Of a stretch of 64,000 nt of DNA, positions 34,770 through 47,900 are shown piece by piece (the first letter of the stretch is position 1; every line of letters starts with the position of its first letter). The notes under the pieces were generated by a model. The model was not told the DNA's origin and did no database searches. It worked only from the letters and a program-made list of their open reading frames with translations. A program made the position numbers and the translations under genes. The stretch spans positions 110,422,001 to 110,486,000 of the forward strand of contig OX597820.1 in NCBI GenBank assembly GCA_951406725.2, read 5' to 3'. The stretch comes from Octopus vulgaris. Taxonomy: Eukaryota.

Positions 34770-37700
34770 ATGGCTGACCCCTCGTTGTCGAGTATGGCCA
34801 TTGCACAAGGCTTAACTGTTGGTGCTGTGATTGAATGTGACTCTTTAGTCCAGCTAAAGATCTACAATGTCTTGTACAGAATTGGCAGCTAAAACCTTTA
34901 CTGGCAATAGCCGGCTGTAGTTGTAACTGGGCTTCATGTACCTTTGCATGTTGTTTAAGTCCACCTGCCGAATTACACTCCTTTCTACATACATGACAGA
35001 TATGATTAGTATGGTGTGTAACACCACTATCAGTGACCTGGTTGTCAATCATCTGTTTCGCTTTATGACTACAAAGATAACTCTTGAGTCCAGCTTTACT
35101 GAGGCAGGGACTTGCACAGACACTGCATGTCAGCATCATAGGAAGACCCCTACCATCTGGAAGTGCAACAGCGATGCCCTCCTTGACATCCCTCCTTACT
35201 TTCTCATGTGCAGCTCGATATTTCTCAAATGTAGCTGTCCCCTCATACACAATCCTTCTCCACCTGCTACGGTCAATAGCTATGCCCTTCCATGTGTCAA
35301 AAGAGATGCAAGCATCTTTTGAGGAAGCCTTCAGCAAGTCTTTATACCTCTGTTTTGGTTTATGTGGAGGTCATTCTCCTTTAGCTAACTCTCTATAAAG
35401 GAGTTGTTTTGGCATCCTTGAATCCTTCATCCTGACCAGATGACCACTCCATCTGAGCCTTTGCTTTAACACAAGAGCTTCTATACTTACACACTGAGAG
35501 CTTTCCAATATTTCAAGATCACTGATGCGGTCCTCCCACTTAGTGCCATAGATCCATCTGAGACACATATGATGGAAACGTTCCAGTTTAAGGTGGTATC
35601 GATATGTGACCCACGTTTCGCAGGCATAAAGAAGAGAAGAGAGCACACATGCCTTGTACACTTTTATCTTTGAATACCTGCATATGTCTCGCCAACTCCA
35701 GAGGCGTCTTACCAGCCTTCGGAAGGCATCACTTACTTTCCTAATTCTGTATGGAATTTCATCATCCAAATTGCTATATCTATTAATAGTGCTTCCCAGG
35801 TAGACAAACTGATCAACTACATCATGTCATTTACATATAGATATTTGGTTCACTATACTGCTTACCAGGGGCAGGTTGGTACATGACAACAGTTTTCTTG
35901 TGACTGACTTTCAATCCTAAGGCAGTGCAAGCATCAGAGAATGCATTCAAAATGTGTTGCATATCAATCTCCGTGTGTGCTACTAGCTCACAATCATCTG
36001 CATACAAAAGGTCTCTTATGATAGAGGTAAATACCTTTGTTTTTGCAGCAAAGCGCCTGATATTAAATATGCTGCCAGAGGTTCGATAATGGATGTAAAC
36101 ACCATATCTGCAGTTTCTGAATGCAATACAGAAGACCATCGCAAAATATATGGCAAATAGTGCCAAAGTATCCCCCTGTTTCACTCCATTTTGTATTGGG
36201 ATAGGCTCTGACATTTTACCTCTAACATTAACCCTACCCTTCATATCTTCATGAAAAGACCTAACCAAAGCAAGGAACTTTTCAGGACAACCAAGTTACT
36301 TGTGGACTTTCCACAGTGCATTTCTATTAACAGTATCAAAGGCTTTTGTCAGATCAACAAAAACCTGATATAGATCTAGACCCTGTTCCACACACTTCTC
36401 CTGAAGCTGTCTAACTGAAAAGATCACATGAAAGCCATATTGACTTTCTGGAAGAACACAAAATCTGCAGCGTGTTTCAGCAGACGATCCAGAAGTACCC
36501 TGCATAAAACTTTTCCTACAACAGAAATCAATGATATTCCCCTGTACTTACCACAATCATTCCTGTTGCACTTTCCCTTATATAAGACCACCATTACTGT
36601 ATCTCTCCAGTCTTCAGGTACAGATTCATTAGCCCATATCCTACCAAACAAAGAGTGAAGTTGCTGCAGAAGTTTCTTACCAGCATACTGTAATAACTCC
36701 GCTTGTATGCCATCCATACCCGGAGACTTTCCATTATTCATCCTTGAGACAGCCACTGCAACTTCTTCCAACTTTGGTGGTTCTGCGAGAGCCGCCTTCA
36801 CAGGTAATCCAGGGACGAGTTTGAGAACATCCTCACTCACTACAGACTGCTGATTCAAAAGTTCATCAAAGTGTTCTCGCCACCTTCGCAGAATTCCTTG
36901 TAAATCAGGAAGAAGTTCTTTACCATCCCTGCTTTGAAGTGGTGTCATCAGTGAAGTCGGTCCATAAACTTCTCGCAAGAGACCATACAACAGCTTTGTG
37001 TTATTGGAATCCGCCGCCACCTGTATCTCATCAGCCTTCTTACTCCACCACGTATCCCTCATCTGAGAGAGCCTTCGCCTCACACGTAATTTTACATCCT
37101 TAAGTTACCTGTGGCTTTGCTGACAAATAGTGTGACAAAGTACACCTTTTATCAGCCAATAAATCATCTACATGTTCGTCATTTTCTTTAAACCAATCTT
37201 GATGCTTTCTTTGTACCAATCCCAGAACTTTCTTGCCTATATCATAAACTGACTTTTTAAGGGTCGGCCAATCCTCCCCAATATCTGCAACATTCATTTC
37301 CTCTCGTAAAGTTCTCTTCACACTGTTACACCTAAGATGATCAACATTCAGTCTTTTAGGCAGGGTAATCCCTGCGGCCTGGATTTTATGTTTTGTGACT
37401 AATTTCACTTTTGCACGTACTAGGCGGTGGTCAATCCCACACTCAGCCCCACGAAGAATGCGGACACACTGCACATCTCATCTATCATGCACCCTAACAA
37501 GGATGTAATCCAGAATATGCCATGTGGTCTTAAATTTATTCTTTTGTTGAAACATGGTATTGGTAACACACAGACACAGCTCCTCACACATCTGTAGGAG
37601 AAGCATGCCATTACTATTACACTTTCCACCCCATGCTTTCCAATTACAGTCCATTTGTTAAAATCTCTACTCACTCTAGAATTAAAGTCACCCAGTACGA

Positions 37701-38640
37701 TGACTTTGCCTGAGGGATATTTCTTATAATGCCCTTCAAAGCATGGTAGAAAGAATCTTTTTCATCATCAGTATAGCACATAGTTGGAGCATACACACTC
37801 ACCAAGGTCACATAATTACCTTCAAAAGAATTCTCATGGACATAAGACGCTCGTTAATCCCGACTGGGAATTTTTCCAACTTGTCCACAAGAGTAGTCTT
37901 AACAGCAAATGCCACTCCAGCCTCACCTCTAAACTCTTCATTCCTCCCTTTCCAAAAGAATGTATATTTTCCACAAGATTCTGTAAGATGACCATCTCCA
38001 GGTAATCTCATCTCAGATAAAGCAACGATGTCAAGATCAGTGTCGAAGCTCCTTTGCAACAAGCGCAGTCCTTCGTTCAGGACATTCAGAGGACTTGTGG
38101 TCAAGCAGCGTCCGTACATTCCAACAGCCAATATTCAATATTTTATTTGGTTCTATCACAGTAGCATGATGATGGGTTCAGACTGTGATGCGCTGGAGCC
38201 CCTGCTGGGCCAGACTCTTTCATTTGATGTGGTTCCAGAGTTCCTTACTGCCATTTATTTTTATACTGTTTTGGTACATCATTGATTATTTGCTTTTTAA
38301 GGCAACAGCCAGCCATTTGGTTGAGACTCACAGCACTATCAACAATCATGAATTAGTTAATCAATTTAATCAATCAATCAGTGTTGTTATCGTGCAATGC
38401 CTGTGCAAGAAGACGTTTTTAAAGTGAGGAAAGGCTGTACACTGAGTCAGTCCCACTCACTAAGTAACAGCAGCCATAATCTGAAAAGAACAAGAAGTCA
38501 ACATCATCGGTAACCATTGAGCTGCAGGTTTTATGTCGGAGTTATCCCAGTTACCTGAGTTGCCTTCTCCTAGAAGGATGCCCTAACAAAGGCTAGGGGT
38601 CCTTCACTCCCAATGGTTTAACCGCGCGATTGGGTATTCA
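34770..38640 (-). mobile_element. RTE/BovB-like LINE, near full length, degenerate, with three C-terminal C2H2 fingers; antisense in SNRPA1 intron 2
   Basis: APE motifs DIVALSE.R, VYAPT, GDFN and DHRLV. RT motifs YRGISL, FVDLTKAFDTV, GVKQG and LLYADD. LRWSGHLVRM..R.PKQLLY follows. The 5' UTR has ctaggagaaggcaactc and the tail is (atgt)n. Confidence 0.93.
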
Positions 38641-38866
38641 GTCCAATTATTTCTGTCCCCACACATGATACAGCCATAAGCTGGATAAGATAGATTTAAG
38701 GCAAAAAAAAAACATACAATATATAAAAATATTGATATACAAAATATACATATATATGATGTGAAGTATATAAAAATATATATAATGAGCAAGCTATAAA
38801 AATATACACTATATAAAATTAGTGAGAAAAAGGGAGATATACAGTAAATATATAATTACATATATA

Positions 38867-39056
38867 TTGGATGGCCATTGACTCTCAAGAATTCCTCTGC
38901 CCTTTGACGGGTTTTGTTTTTCTCCCGCAGGGTGTCCAATAAACACCCTCCTCACCAAGCATGCTTGGTGGGGTTGCCAGTTTAGTCGCCGACGGCCCGA
39001 CCATGCGACAGGTTGTACTGGGTTACATGTTACTAGTAGCACTCAAAAGTGACCTG
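38867..39056 (-). repeat. Short (about 190 bp) interspersed repeat, probably RTE-derived and non-autonomous; diverged second copy at about 53245-53435
   Basis: The two copies share gtgctact.gtaacatgtaa.ccagtacaac..ccccaccaagc.tgct..gcagaggaa.tc.tgagagtca.tggcca. Confidence 0.65.
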
Positions 39057-40459
39057 ACATAGCATGCATGCATACATACATACATACATGCATACATTTG
39101 TGTATGTGTGAGTGAGTCTCCTTGTGGTCTATATGTATATATATGGATATAAGAGTATACAGTTGTGGTTGTGTATTTTTTAGTATGTTGATGCTTCTGT
39201 GCATGTGCTTTTATGTAGGTGTACATATGGTTTTGGTTTTACTACAGTTCGTTGGGCTAGAAACTAGTTTGAGGTGTGGTTAGAAAATGTGATTAAATTT
39301 AAGGTCCATAATCTTTTAACTCTAGTTAAAGTTTACTGTTGTTCAGTACTGTTTCTTTGTTTAATCCTTATATCTCCAGCTGTTTGCTCCCCATTTTATT
39401 CATATTGTCTTTATATATTTTTTCCCTTTTGTTACCATATTTCTGTTGAAACATACATTCTTTGTTTCAATTCATCATCATCATTATATGTCTGTTTTCT
39501 ATGCTGGCATGGATTGGACAGTTTGTGAAAATATAAAATTTAGTAAAATATCTTTGTCATTATTAATCTGGTGATTTGAATATAAATTAACTTGAAATTT
39601 TGATGGGATGTTTTAAATAGATTACTTTGAAACAAGAAATTTATATGATAGTCAGGAACAGTCTCAGACAGATGAGTATGAAAAGGGTTAAGCTAATTAT
39701 TTTTTTATATTTACTTTAACTACTTCTTTTTTTATCCCTTGCTTTTTGTTGACATTAAGGATGGTTAATTCCCTGAACTTCAATCTAGCACCTTAATTGA
39801 TATGAAACAATATGTCTTTATTGTTACTGATCATAATAAACTAATTTTTTCTCTTTATATAAGTATATATAAAGAGAAAATTTGGTATGTATACATTTAC
39901 CTCTCATACCTCATGATTTTTACAGATTACATATGTATATGTAAATGTATGTGTGTTTGTGTATACCCTTGTGACATCACATGATGGTTGTAAACAAGCA
40001 CCTGTGTCATACAAGCAATGGGATCTTTCCTGTTGCTGTCACAGTTTTCAAGTCTTGAAGTTTTGTTCCAATTGTTTCCAATTTTCGTGTCCTGGTGTAG
40101 TTTTGTATGCTACTTATGGAAACAAAATTTATTTTTGCAACAAATTAATAAATAAAGAGTTGATAACTTTTAAAGTTTGTAAATTTTGTGTAAATTTAGC
40201 CATTTGAAAGCAACTGACATGTTGATGCCTGTTTCCAGAGTAACAAGCCAAAGTATAGTCTGCTGTACTCCAACCATGTGCATTGTCTTTATCTGTCTAT
40301 TTTCTTTGACACATGCCTATTTATTGAACATTTGTACTACCTCATTTTTGTCATTTTCACCTGTGTCTTTTTCCAAAACAAACAGAAATTTTCAGTATCT
40401 GTCCTATCATTACCTCATGTATTTTCCTGACTGCAGCCAACTCATTTAACCTTTCAAAT

Positions 40460-40826
40460 ATGATGGAGAAACTGAAAACCAAGAAAGATGCAAAAGGTGT
40501 TATCCCTAAAAGAAAACTATGTACAAAAAGACACTACATGAACAAGATACTTTGTGGGAAAATTTACTAGCAGTGCTCCCAAAAAGGATGCAATGAATGT
40601 CTGTTAATGATACATGTTGGAATGTAACACCCTTCCTCTTAGGAATGCACTGCTTTTTTTCCCCCCTTTATTCATGGATCAAGGCGTTGACTTTAATCCA
40701 GTTTTGTGTTGAAGAGCTGGGGATGAGCCACTGCACAGCTGTTGATTACAACAGCTATGTTCATGAAATATGTGCAGAGGACTTACTCCACTTCCCATTT
40801 CAGATAGGCAGTTCTAGGAAGATTGT
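40460..40826 (+). mobile_element. Merlin (ISXO2/IS1016-like) transposase fragment
   Basis: YSW..FCVEELGMSHCTAVDYNSYVHEICAEDL..QIG..KIV resembles the region preceding the catalytic VEIDES motif. Confidence 0.6.
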
Positions 40827-40829
40827 TGG

Positions 40830-41090
40830 GTATATGGCGTGGTGGTTAAGAGTGCAGGCTACTAACCCCAAGATTCCGAGTTTGATTCCAGACAGTGACC
40901 TGAATAATAATAATAATAATATTGAAAAATACCTTAGGAATGAGAACCTAGGTTTGAAATTTCCCCAGGACACCTGAAGAAGGCTGGAGAGTATATCAGC
41001 CGAAATGTGTTAACAACAAATAAGTTGAGGACAAATATCCGTCAAATGTAAATAATGTACATAATTCCTCATCTCGCAAATATAGAACTG
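40830..41090 (+). mobile_element. tRNA-headed SINE carrying a hammerhead-like motif (40970-41010)
   Basis: A box TGGCGTGGTGG, B box GAGTTTGATTCC and an (AAT)n linker, then acac-CTGAAGA-a-ggctg..cagcc-GAAA-t-gtgt. Confidence 0.65.
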
Positions 41091-41292
41091 TATACAAATA
41101 GGTTCATAACATACAACAGTAAAATTGCTGTGACTAGTTGGACAATAATTTCCTGGAAATTTAATAACAGTTTGTCTACCTGGGAAGCACTGTTAATTTA
41201 ATAAAATTTAGTTGAATATTGTATTATTTTTTTTTTATTTTTGTCTTTTTTTTTTGTCTGACTTTATTTTAACATGTTTGAACTACTTGTAG

Positions 41293-41399
41293 GATCAATT
41301 TGATACCATAGATTTTTCTGATAACGAAATTCGAAAACTGGATGGATTTCCTCTCTTGAAGCGCCTAAAGTGCCTACTTCTGAGTAACAACAGAATAGT
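41293..41399 (+). CDS. SNRPA1: U2 snRNP protein A' coding exon 3
   Basis: tgtag|DQFDTIDFSDNEIRKLDGFPLLKRLKCLLLSNNRI(V)|gtaagt. Confidence 0.97.
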
Positions 41400-43508
41400 G
41401 TAAGTATATTTTACATTTATCTGTGTTTGTGTGTATTTTTAATTCTTTACATTTTTCCAATAAAGAAAGAATTGCTGGCGAAGAAACAATGCTTCCTCAT
41501 AAACATTTAACTAATACTGGATATTTTTAGTGTTCTACTTACATATTGAATTTTCAGAATACAAGTTAAATCTTCTCTTCATTTACTTGAAAGCCTCAGT
41601 TTTCCAGATTATTAAAGTACTTAGTGCCATAACCAAGTGTGTCTCTGAGTACAAATGTAGTTTTATAATAATTTTAAGTTTTGAAGTTCCCTTTCTTACT
41701 AATTTTGAATGAATTAAATGTTCACATCAACTGGCAATATCAAGTATTTGTGTTCACATAGACCAGGCAGTATCTAGTTTTTGTTTTCTGTCACAATCAA
41801 CTCTCAGACCTGATGTGGAAGTTTTGGTGAGAATATTACACCAATATTTATAGTATTGGAATTTAAGAATATACTCAGCACCAATAATATATTTTTATGC
41901 TTGAGTACAGACTTTCCTACAGGTGGTGTATTATATTATTTTAGCAAGGGTGTCATGCCTTCATTTTGGAGAAGACAGCTGTTGATCAGATGTAATGTTT
42001 TCCACAGAACTGTAACATTTAGTAAGTTTTTGGGATGCAAAATGTATGGTTATTGAGTCTGACATGTTGGTTACAAATCCAAGCTTCCTGCTGATATTGG
42101 CATTATTTTCAACCTTGCATAATGTTTGCCCTTGTGTTTTTTCTTGATGTATGTTAATCTAGCAGTGTTTTGGGTTGTTAGACTGTTATCATAAGATGTT
42201 GTTCTCTTCATTTTTGAGCACTTATTTGAGATATTGTTTTTGCTGTTGTTTGGTAGGGGCTTTTTTAGCGATACTATTTTGCATCAAAATCTGTATTGGC
42301 TTATTTTCCCGTGTATTGTGTAAGTGTATATTAATATTTTGTAAAATGCAGTGATTGTAGCAGTCATAAGTGAGGAGTAATCAGATACCTTTTCTTTTAA
42401 ACCATAGCTTTATTAATCAAAATTTCCTCCACACATCATTGCACTCTCTTTTTAAAACCTGTCTGCTCATTAGTCAGTGCTTTAATGAACTCATAATGGT
42501 TTTTGAAGAAAATTATGTATAACACTTCTCCATAATATTTGTTTAAACTATCATATTTCTTTATCTTACAAGTCAGTGTTTTTATTCTTGGATACAGTAT
42601 TTATCCCTACTATTTGCAAGCTAGTTTATATATTTCAATTTCACCTTCCATAGTTCTGCAGAACTATGGAAAATAGTCCTACAGATTGTGGCATTCTGTA
42701 GAATATTAGTATTTTTTATCAGTATCCAACTATTCAATTTCTGCTTCCAAATTATGCAGTCTTCTTTCAGCCTTAGTAAAAGTTTTGCAATTAGTAGTAT
42801 GTTTTATTGCTGTTAGCACAGTATTCCTTCTTTATTCTATTGATCCATAATGTATTATAATTAGAATCCTTGTTTCTCCAGGTCTTAGGCTAAAATGATT
42901 TAAATTCTTCTTGAAAAGGAGCTCTTTTCACTGATGTTTTCTGTCATTGAGTAATAATATCGCTTAGAGATTAAATGCAAATTTATTAATGATGGCTTGT
43001 TAATCTGTCATTTTCAGTAATAGTTTTCCTCTCAAGGTTTTGAGTTATTATGTATATATGTGTATTTACACATTTACGTGTCTGGCCATTGATTCATCTC
43101 TTCTCTTGAAAATTTATATTTTGATAATTTTGCTTTCTGACTTTCATTTTCTTTTTTTCATGCAACTGGTCATGGTGATGGAATCTTCTCTATTCAGTTT
43201 TCAGTTTTTTGCAATACCCTCTCAGTCATTACTTATGTTGACACATTTTAAATTATTCCTAACTATATCTTTATGCTAGTAATGGTCTGCCAACCTTGTG
43301 TTATGAGTTTTTTTAGTTGTCCATAAAAGACTTGCTTTTGGAACTCTACCATCATTCATTTGTGAAATATGGCCACACCATCTCAGTTGAGTCTTGATTA
43401 GGAAAGTTTTTATGGGATATTATACATAGAGAAGATATCACTGTCCCTCACTCACATTTTATTTTGCATATTTTTCTCAGGCATCTCATATGAAAGCTGT
43501 CTGGTTAA

Positions 43509-44908
43509 CCCTTTCGTTACTATATTTCTGACCAAAATACCCCCCTCATGAGTTTCAATTAAATTCTAAAATAATCATGAATTTAGGCTTGTTTCATTAA
43601 ATAACTGTAACTTTTTTACTTATCAACATATCAATGTGATATTTGGAACATAATTAAAGAAAGGGTTCTTAATCAATCCTATTGCATAACTTTTGTCTCA
43701 AAGTGACTTTAATTACAGGTAAATCCAGGTAAATTGAGCAAAAGGTAAAAATATTAAAATTTTGTTTAAACATCACCATAGAAAATGAATCATCAGCTAA
43801 TATTTAAATGGGTATGCAACAAAATTTTGATAAAGAAGAATTGTGCACATCACTAGATCATCAGTTGAATTTAATGCACAACAGGTGTACCATAAAGGTG
43901 GAATAAACTGAAATACCGGAATCCACCGCAAGTTTGACCGAACTAAAGAAATCGGTCAAAAAATAATATACGGCCCTGGTTATGGTATGGAAGTGATAAA
44001 TTCCAGACCACATCGTTCCCTAGGCCATGTTGACTAACATTATTTTCCTTGTATAAAAACTAAATCCACTGCAGTACCCAGTATTTGCTTCACAAATTTT
44101 CCGAACTTTGATCCCCCATTTTGTGTTTGCTTACAATCTGCGTAAATTTGTTTCCGCATTGATCGCTTCAAACAATAACTTCCAGACCACATCATACCCT
44201 AAGCCAGTCTGACTAACATTAGTTTCCCTGTATAAAAACTAAATCCGCAACAGTACCCAGTATTTGCTTCACTAATTTTCCAAACTTGAATCCCCCATTT
44301 TGTGTTTGTTTACAATCTGCGTAAATTTGTTTCCAAAGTGATCGCTTCAAACTAGCATACTGAAAAAAATAAAAGTCTAATGGTTTCGCTTCCTAAGAAA
44401 GACTATAGATAAACTATCTCCTCAGAAAAATTGCTAATAAAAACATTTTTAAAGTTTTTTACTTCATTCCGATGTAAAATCGTCTTGCTGTTGCCATCGC
44501 TGCTTTCGGTTAACGGATAAAATAAATATCCTATTCTTTATTGTACACTACGTGCTTTAAGATCTCATTCATTCTTTTTCTCGACATCTCCCTATTTTCC
44601 ATAGAAAAAGCTTTAAATTCGGAATCAATGCTTAATAACATGAAACTCCTATCCATTTTCAAAGTTGAAGAAAAATCAATGCCGAAAAAAAATGTGGGAA
44701 AAAATCTCCTAAAATTCACTGAGTTGAGATATCACTTCAAGCAATGTCGGATACTATAAGCCAACTATTTACAAAGTGAAATCACATGTTTTAACGAATG
44801 TACCAACGACATTTGGGTTCAAATTTACATTTAAATAACAATAGGTTCTCTCGGCTGGGTTGGTATTATGAACCAAAAAATTTTTCAGACGGGTTAGTAA
44901 CGAAAGGG
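43509..44908. mobile_element. Non-autonomous piggyBac-type element, copy 1
   Basis: TTAA|CCCTTTCGTTACTA ... TAGTAACGAAAGGG|TTAA, with an internal tandem duplication of about 178 bp (about 44000-44352). Confidence 0.9.
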
Positions 44909-44939
44909 TTAATATGCTTCTGGTAAGGGGTTCAAGTCT

Positions 44940-47900
44940 CTGCTCCCAGTAGAGTTGTTATGATGAATGCTTTGTAGATTTCAGTTATGGTTTTTACAGA
45001 CATCATGGGTATTCCAAAGTCTGGTATTGTTTGCCAAATGCTGAACTTGCTTTACTTATATATGTTTCAATTTCTTTATTAAGCTTAGCATCATTTGTCA
45101 TAGTACAACCAAGATAGGTAAAAAAAGTGACTGTTTTTAGAGCTTTTCCTTCTACAAACACTTTTGGCACAATCTTTGGATTATTGCTAGGACATGGCTG
45201 AAAGAGGAGTTTGATCTTTTTAATCCTTTTCATCGGGCCAAAAGATCTGGCATCTGCAGCAAGTTTGTTTAGTCTTTTTGGATGTCTTCAAGAGAATGGG
45301 TAAGTAGTGCACAATCATCTGCAAATAGCAAGTCTCCTACAGTTTGAAAGCATAAACTTGCTGATTGTAAATTTCTCCATGGTATAATATTCCACAGGAA
45401 TTCCTACAGCATCAGCAAAGGCATGTTTTATCATGACTACAAAAAACAATGCAAATAACATTGGGGCCAGCACACATCTTTGTTTTGTACCATTTGTCAC
45501 TCCAAATGGCTGTGATTGATCGCCATTTGAAATAATAAAGGCTTTCATCTTCCCTTGTGCAATGTTATAATTATATTCATCATTTCTTCAGATATCCTAA
45601 GTTTTGCCAGGACCTTTCATAATGCCTCAGTACACACTGTGTCAAAGGCCTATCTGAAATCAACAAATATTACATAGAGATCTTTATGTTTGTGAATTTT
45701 TTCCTGTACCTGCCACTGGCTAGATATCCTGTCTATTGTTCAGTGGCCAGCCTGGAAACCACACTGGCTTTCAGGATATACAGTGTTCACTAAGTCAGCA
45801 TTTATTCTATTTAAAATCACTTCAGAGGATTTTCCAGCAATTGAAAGGAATGAGATGCCACAATGTGACCATTCACTTTGTTGCCTTTCTATTTGTACAA
45901 ATTGTTGTGGGATTACTCCAGAGTTCCATAAATTTATTCATAGTTCAGTTACTTTATTAGTTTAAAAATTTCTCCAGGAATTCCATTCTCTGCAGGGAAT
46001 TTTCCATTAGATTGTTGTTTGATATATATTTTAACTTCTGCTATGGATGGTGCTGGTGCAAGAAACTGCATCACAGGACTCCAAAGGAGGTTATCAGTTA
46101 CATTTGATTCTCTGCTGAGCACATCTTTATTAAATCCTGTCAATCTGTAAGTAAATTTCCCTCGGCAGATAGGATACGAAAGCAACCATCTTTACTAGGT
46201 TCAAATACACCCTTAGATTTTGATAGATTTCATATCATGTTTATCTGTGGCCTCTCGAATAGTTTTAGCTTCCTCTTCCCACCATGGTTGCTTTGTTCTA
46301 TGCAGTTTAGCCTTTTGGCCACTTGATATTCTTTTTTCTTTTGACAACAGTCTGTACATTTTTTGTTCTCTATTGATAGCGTCATCATTTCTATCAAACC
46401 AATCTTGATGTTTCCAGTGAGGAAAACCAAGAACCTCTCTAAATGACTCATAAATTATATGTCTTAAAAGAGTATGATTTTTCTACATTTTCTGTGATAT
46501 TAATAGCCTAATTGTATCAGCTTTGATCTTTGACACATCTAACTTGTTTGGAAATTGTTTATAATTATATTTTATAACAGGCTTTGGCTAAAATATGGTT
46601 GGGCCAACATTCTGCTATCTGAAATGATCTTATATTTTCATTTTAATCATGGCTACACACAATTATATAGTTGATTTTGTGTGACCATGTTCAGATACAG
46701 AATGTCTCCAGGTGGTTTTATATCTATCTGATAGTTGAAAGTGTTATATTTCTCTTGTTTACTTGCAAAGAATAGAGTAGTTATCCAGGTAGGTGTGTTG
46801 TCTGTTATTCAAAATACTTCTCTCATTTACTCTCAAAGAAGAAAACACAGTGGTATTGCAGATAAGTGTGAAGTCTGTTTATTCCAACTGTAAAACTCAA
46901 GACTGTAATAATAACGTAAACCAAAAATTGAGACACCTTGTGAATGTTCTTGCAAGTTCCAGAACTTTGAATTCTATTAGCTAGCAATCTCCACAACACA
47001 TCCCCACCAAAACTGATGTTACACTAGAAGAATCAACAACAAATTCTATGTTTGGGTGTTCTTTTAGATTGTCTTGAGTTGTCCAGTTCATACTTTGGTA
47101 CAAGCAGTTTGGTTTTAGATAGAAGTGGTCTGGTCTGTCTTTGGGGTTATGGCCTTTCTTCCAGGATTTCCATTGAATGTTTTGTTGGAAGCCAGGTTCG
47201 CAGTCCTCTGCAGAAGCATAGCATGGATGTAGTTGTTCCCAGTGCCATCTCCATACTATGCCATAAGGAAAACCTTGACATACCCAAAGACTTCATGATG
47301 ACTGCTGCTCTCCATTGGGGCTGCTTGTCATGGCGAGGTCCATAGTGCATATACAGGATCACTAGTCTTGTACTGCTTGGTTACCTTGGCGACATCTGAA
47401 TCTGTTGTCATCTTTGGCTTTGATGACACCTTGGATTGCTTGCTCTGAGCTATGTGTGCTGGAGAGGCAGCAAAGAGTCAATCCTAGTCCGAATCTGCTG
47501 AGACATCAAGAGTTCGCTTGGAGAGAGTCCACAGGATGTCAGCGTTCTCCAGTACTGCATCAAAAATTCCTGAAGAGCTTGTTTTGGGGGCAGAGAAGAC
47601 TGTCTCAGTGCTTACTTGAAAAACTGCACCAGACGTTCTGCTGCACTGTTAGTAGTTGGATGGTATGGTGCACCTGTCAGATGTAAGATCCCACATTTTT
47701 TGCACCAGCTCTGAAATTCTTCAGAAAGGAAAGTTGATGCATTATCTGTGACCAGCATGTGAGGATATCTGAAGTTAGCAAAGTCCTCTTTCAGCGCATC
47801 TAGAGTGGCTCTAGTGGATGTGGATGACAGATGAATTACATGGATATCACAAGAAAGCGTTTGTGATCACCAGCCAGTTTGTATTCATGATGTTGATGGT

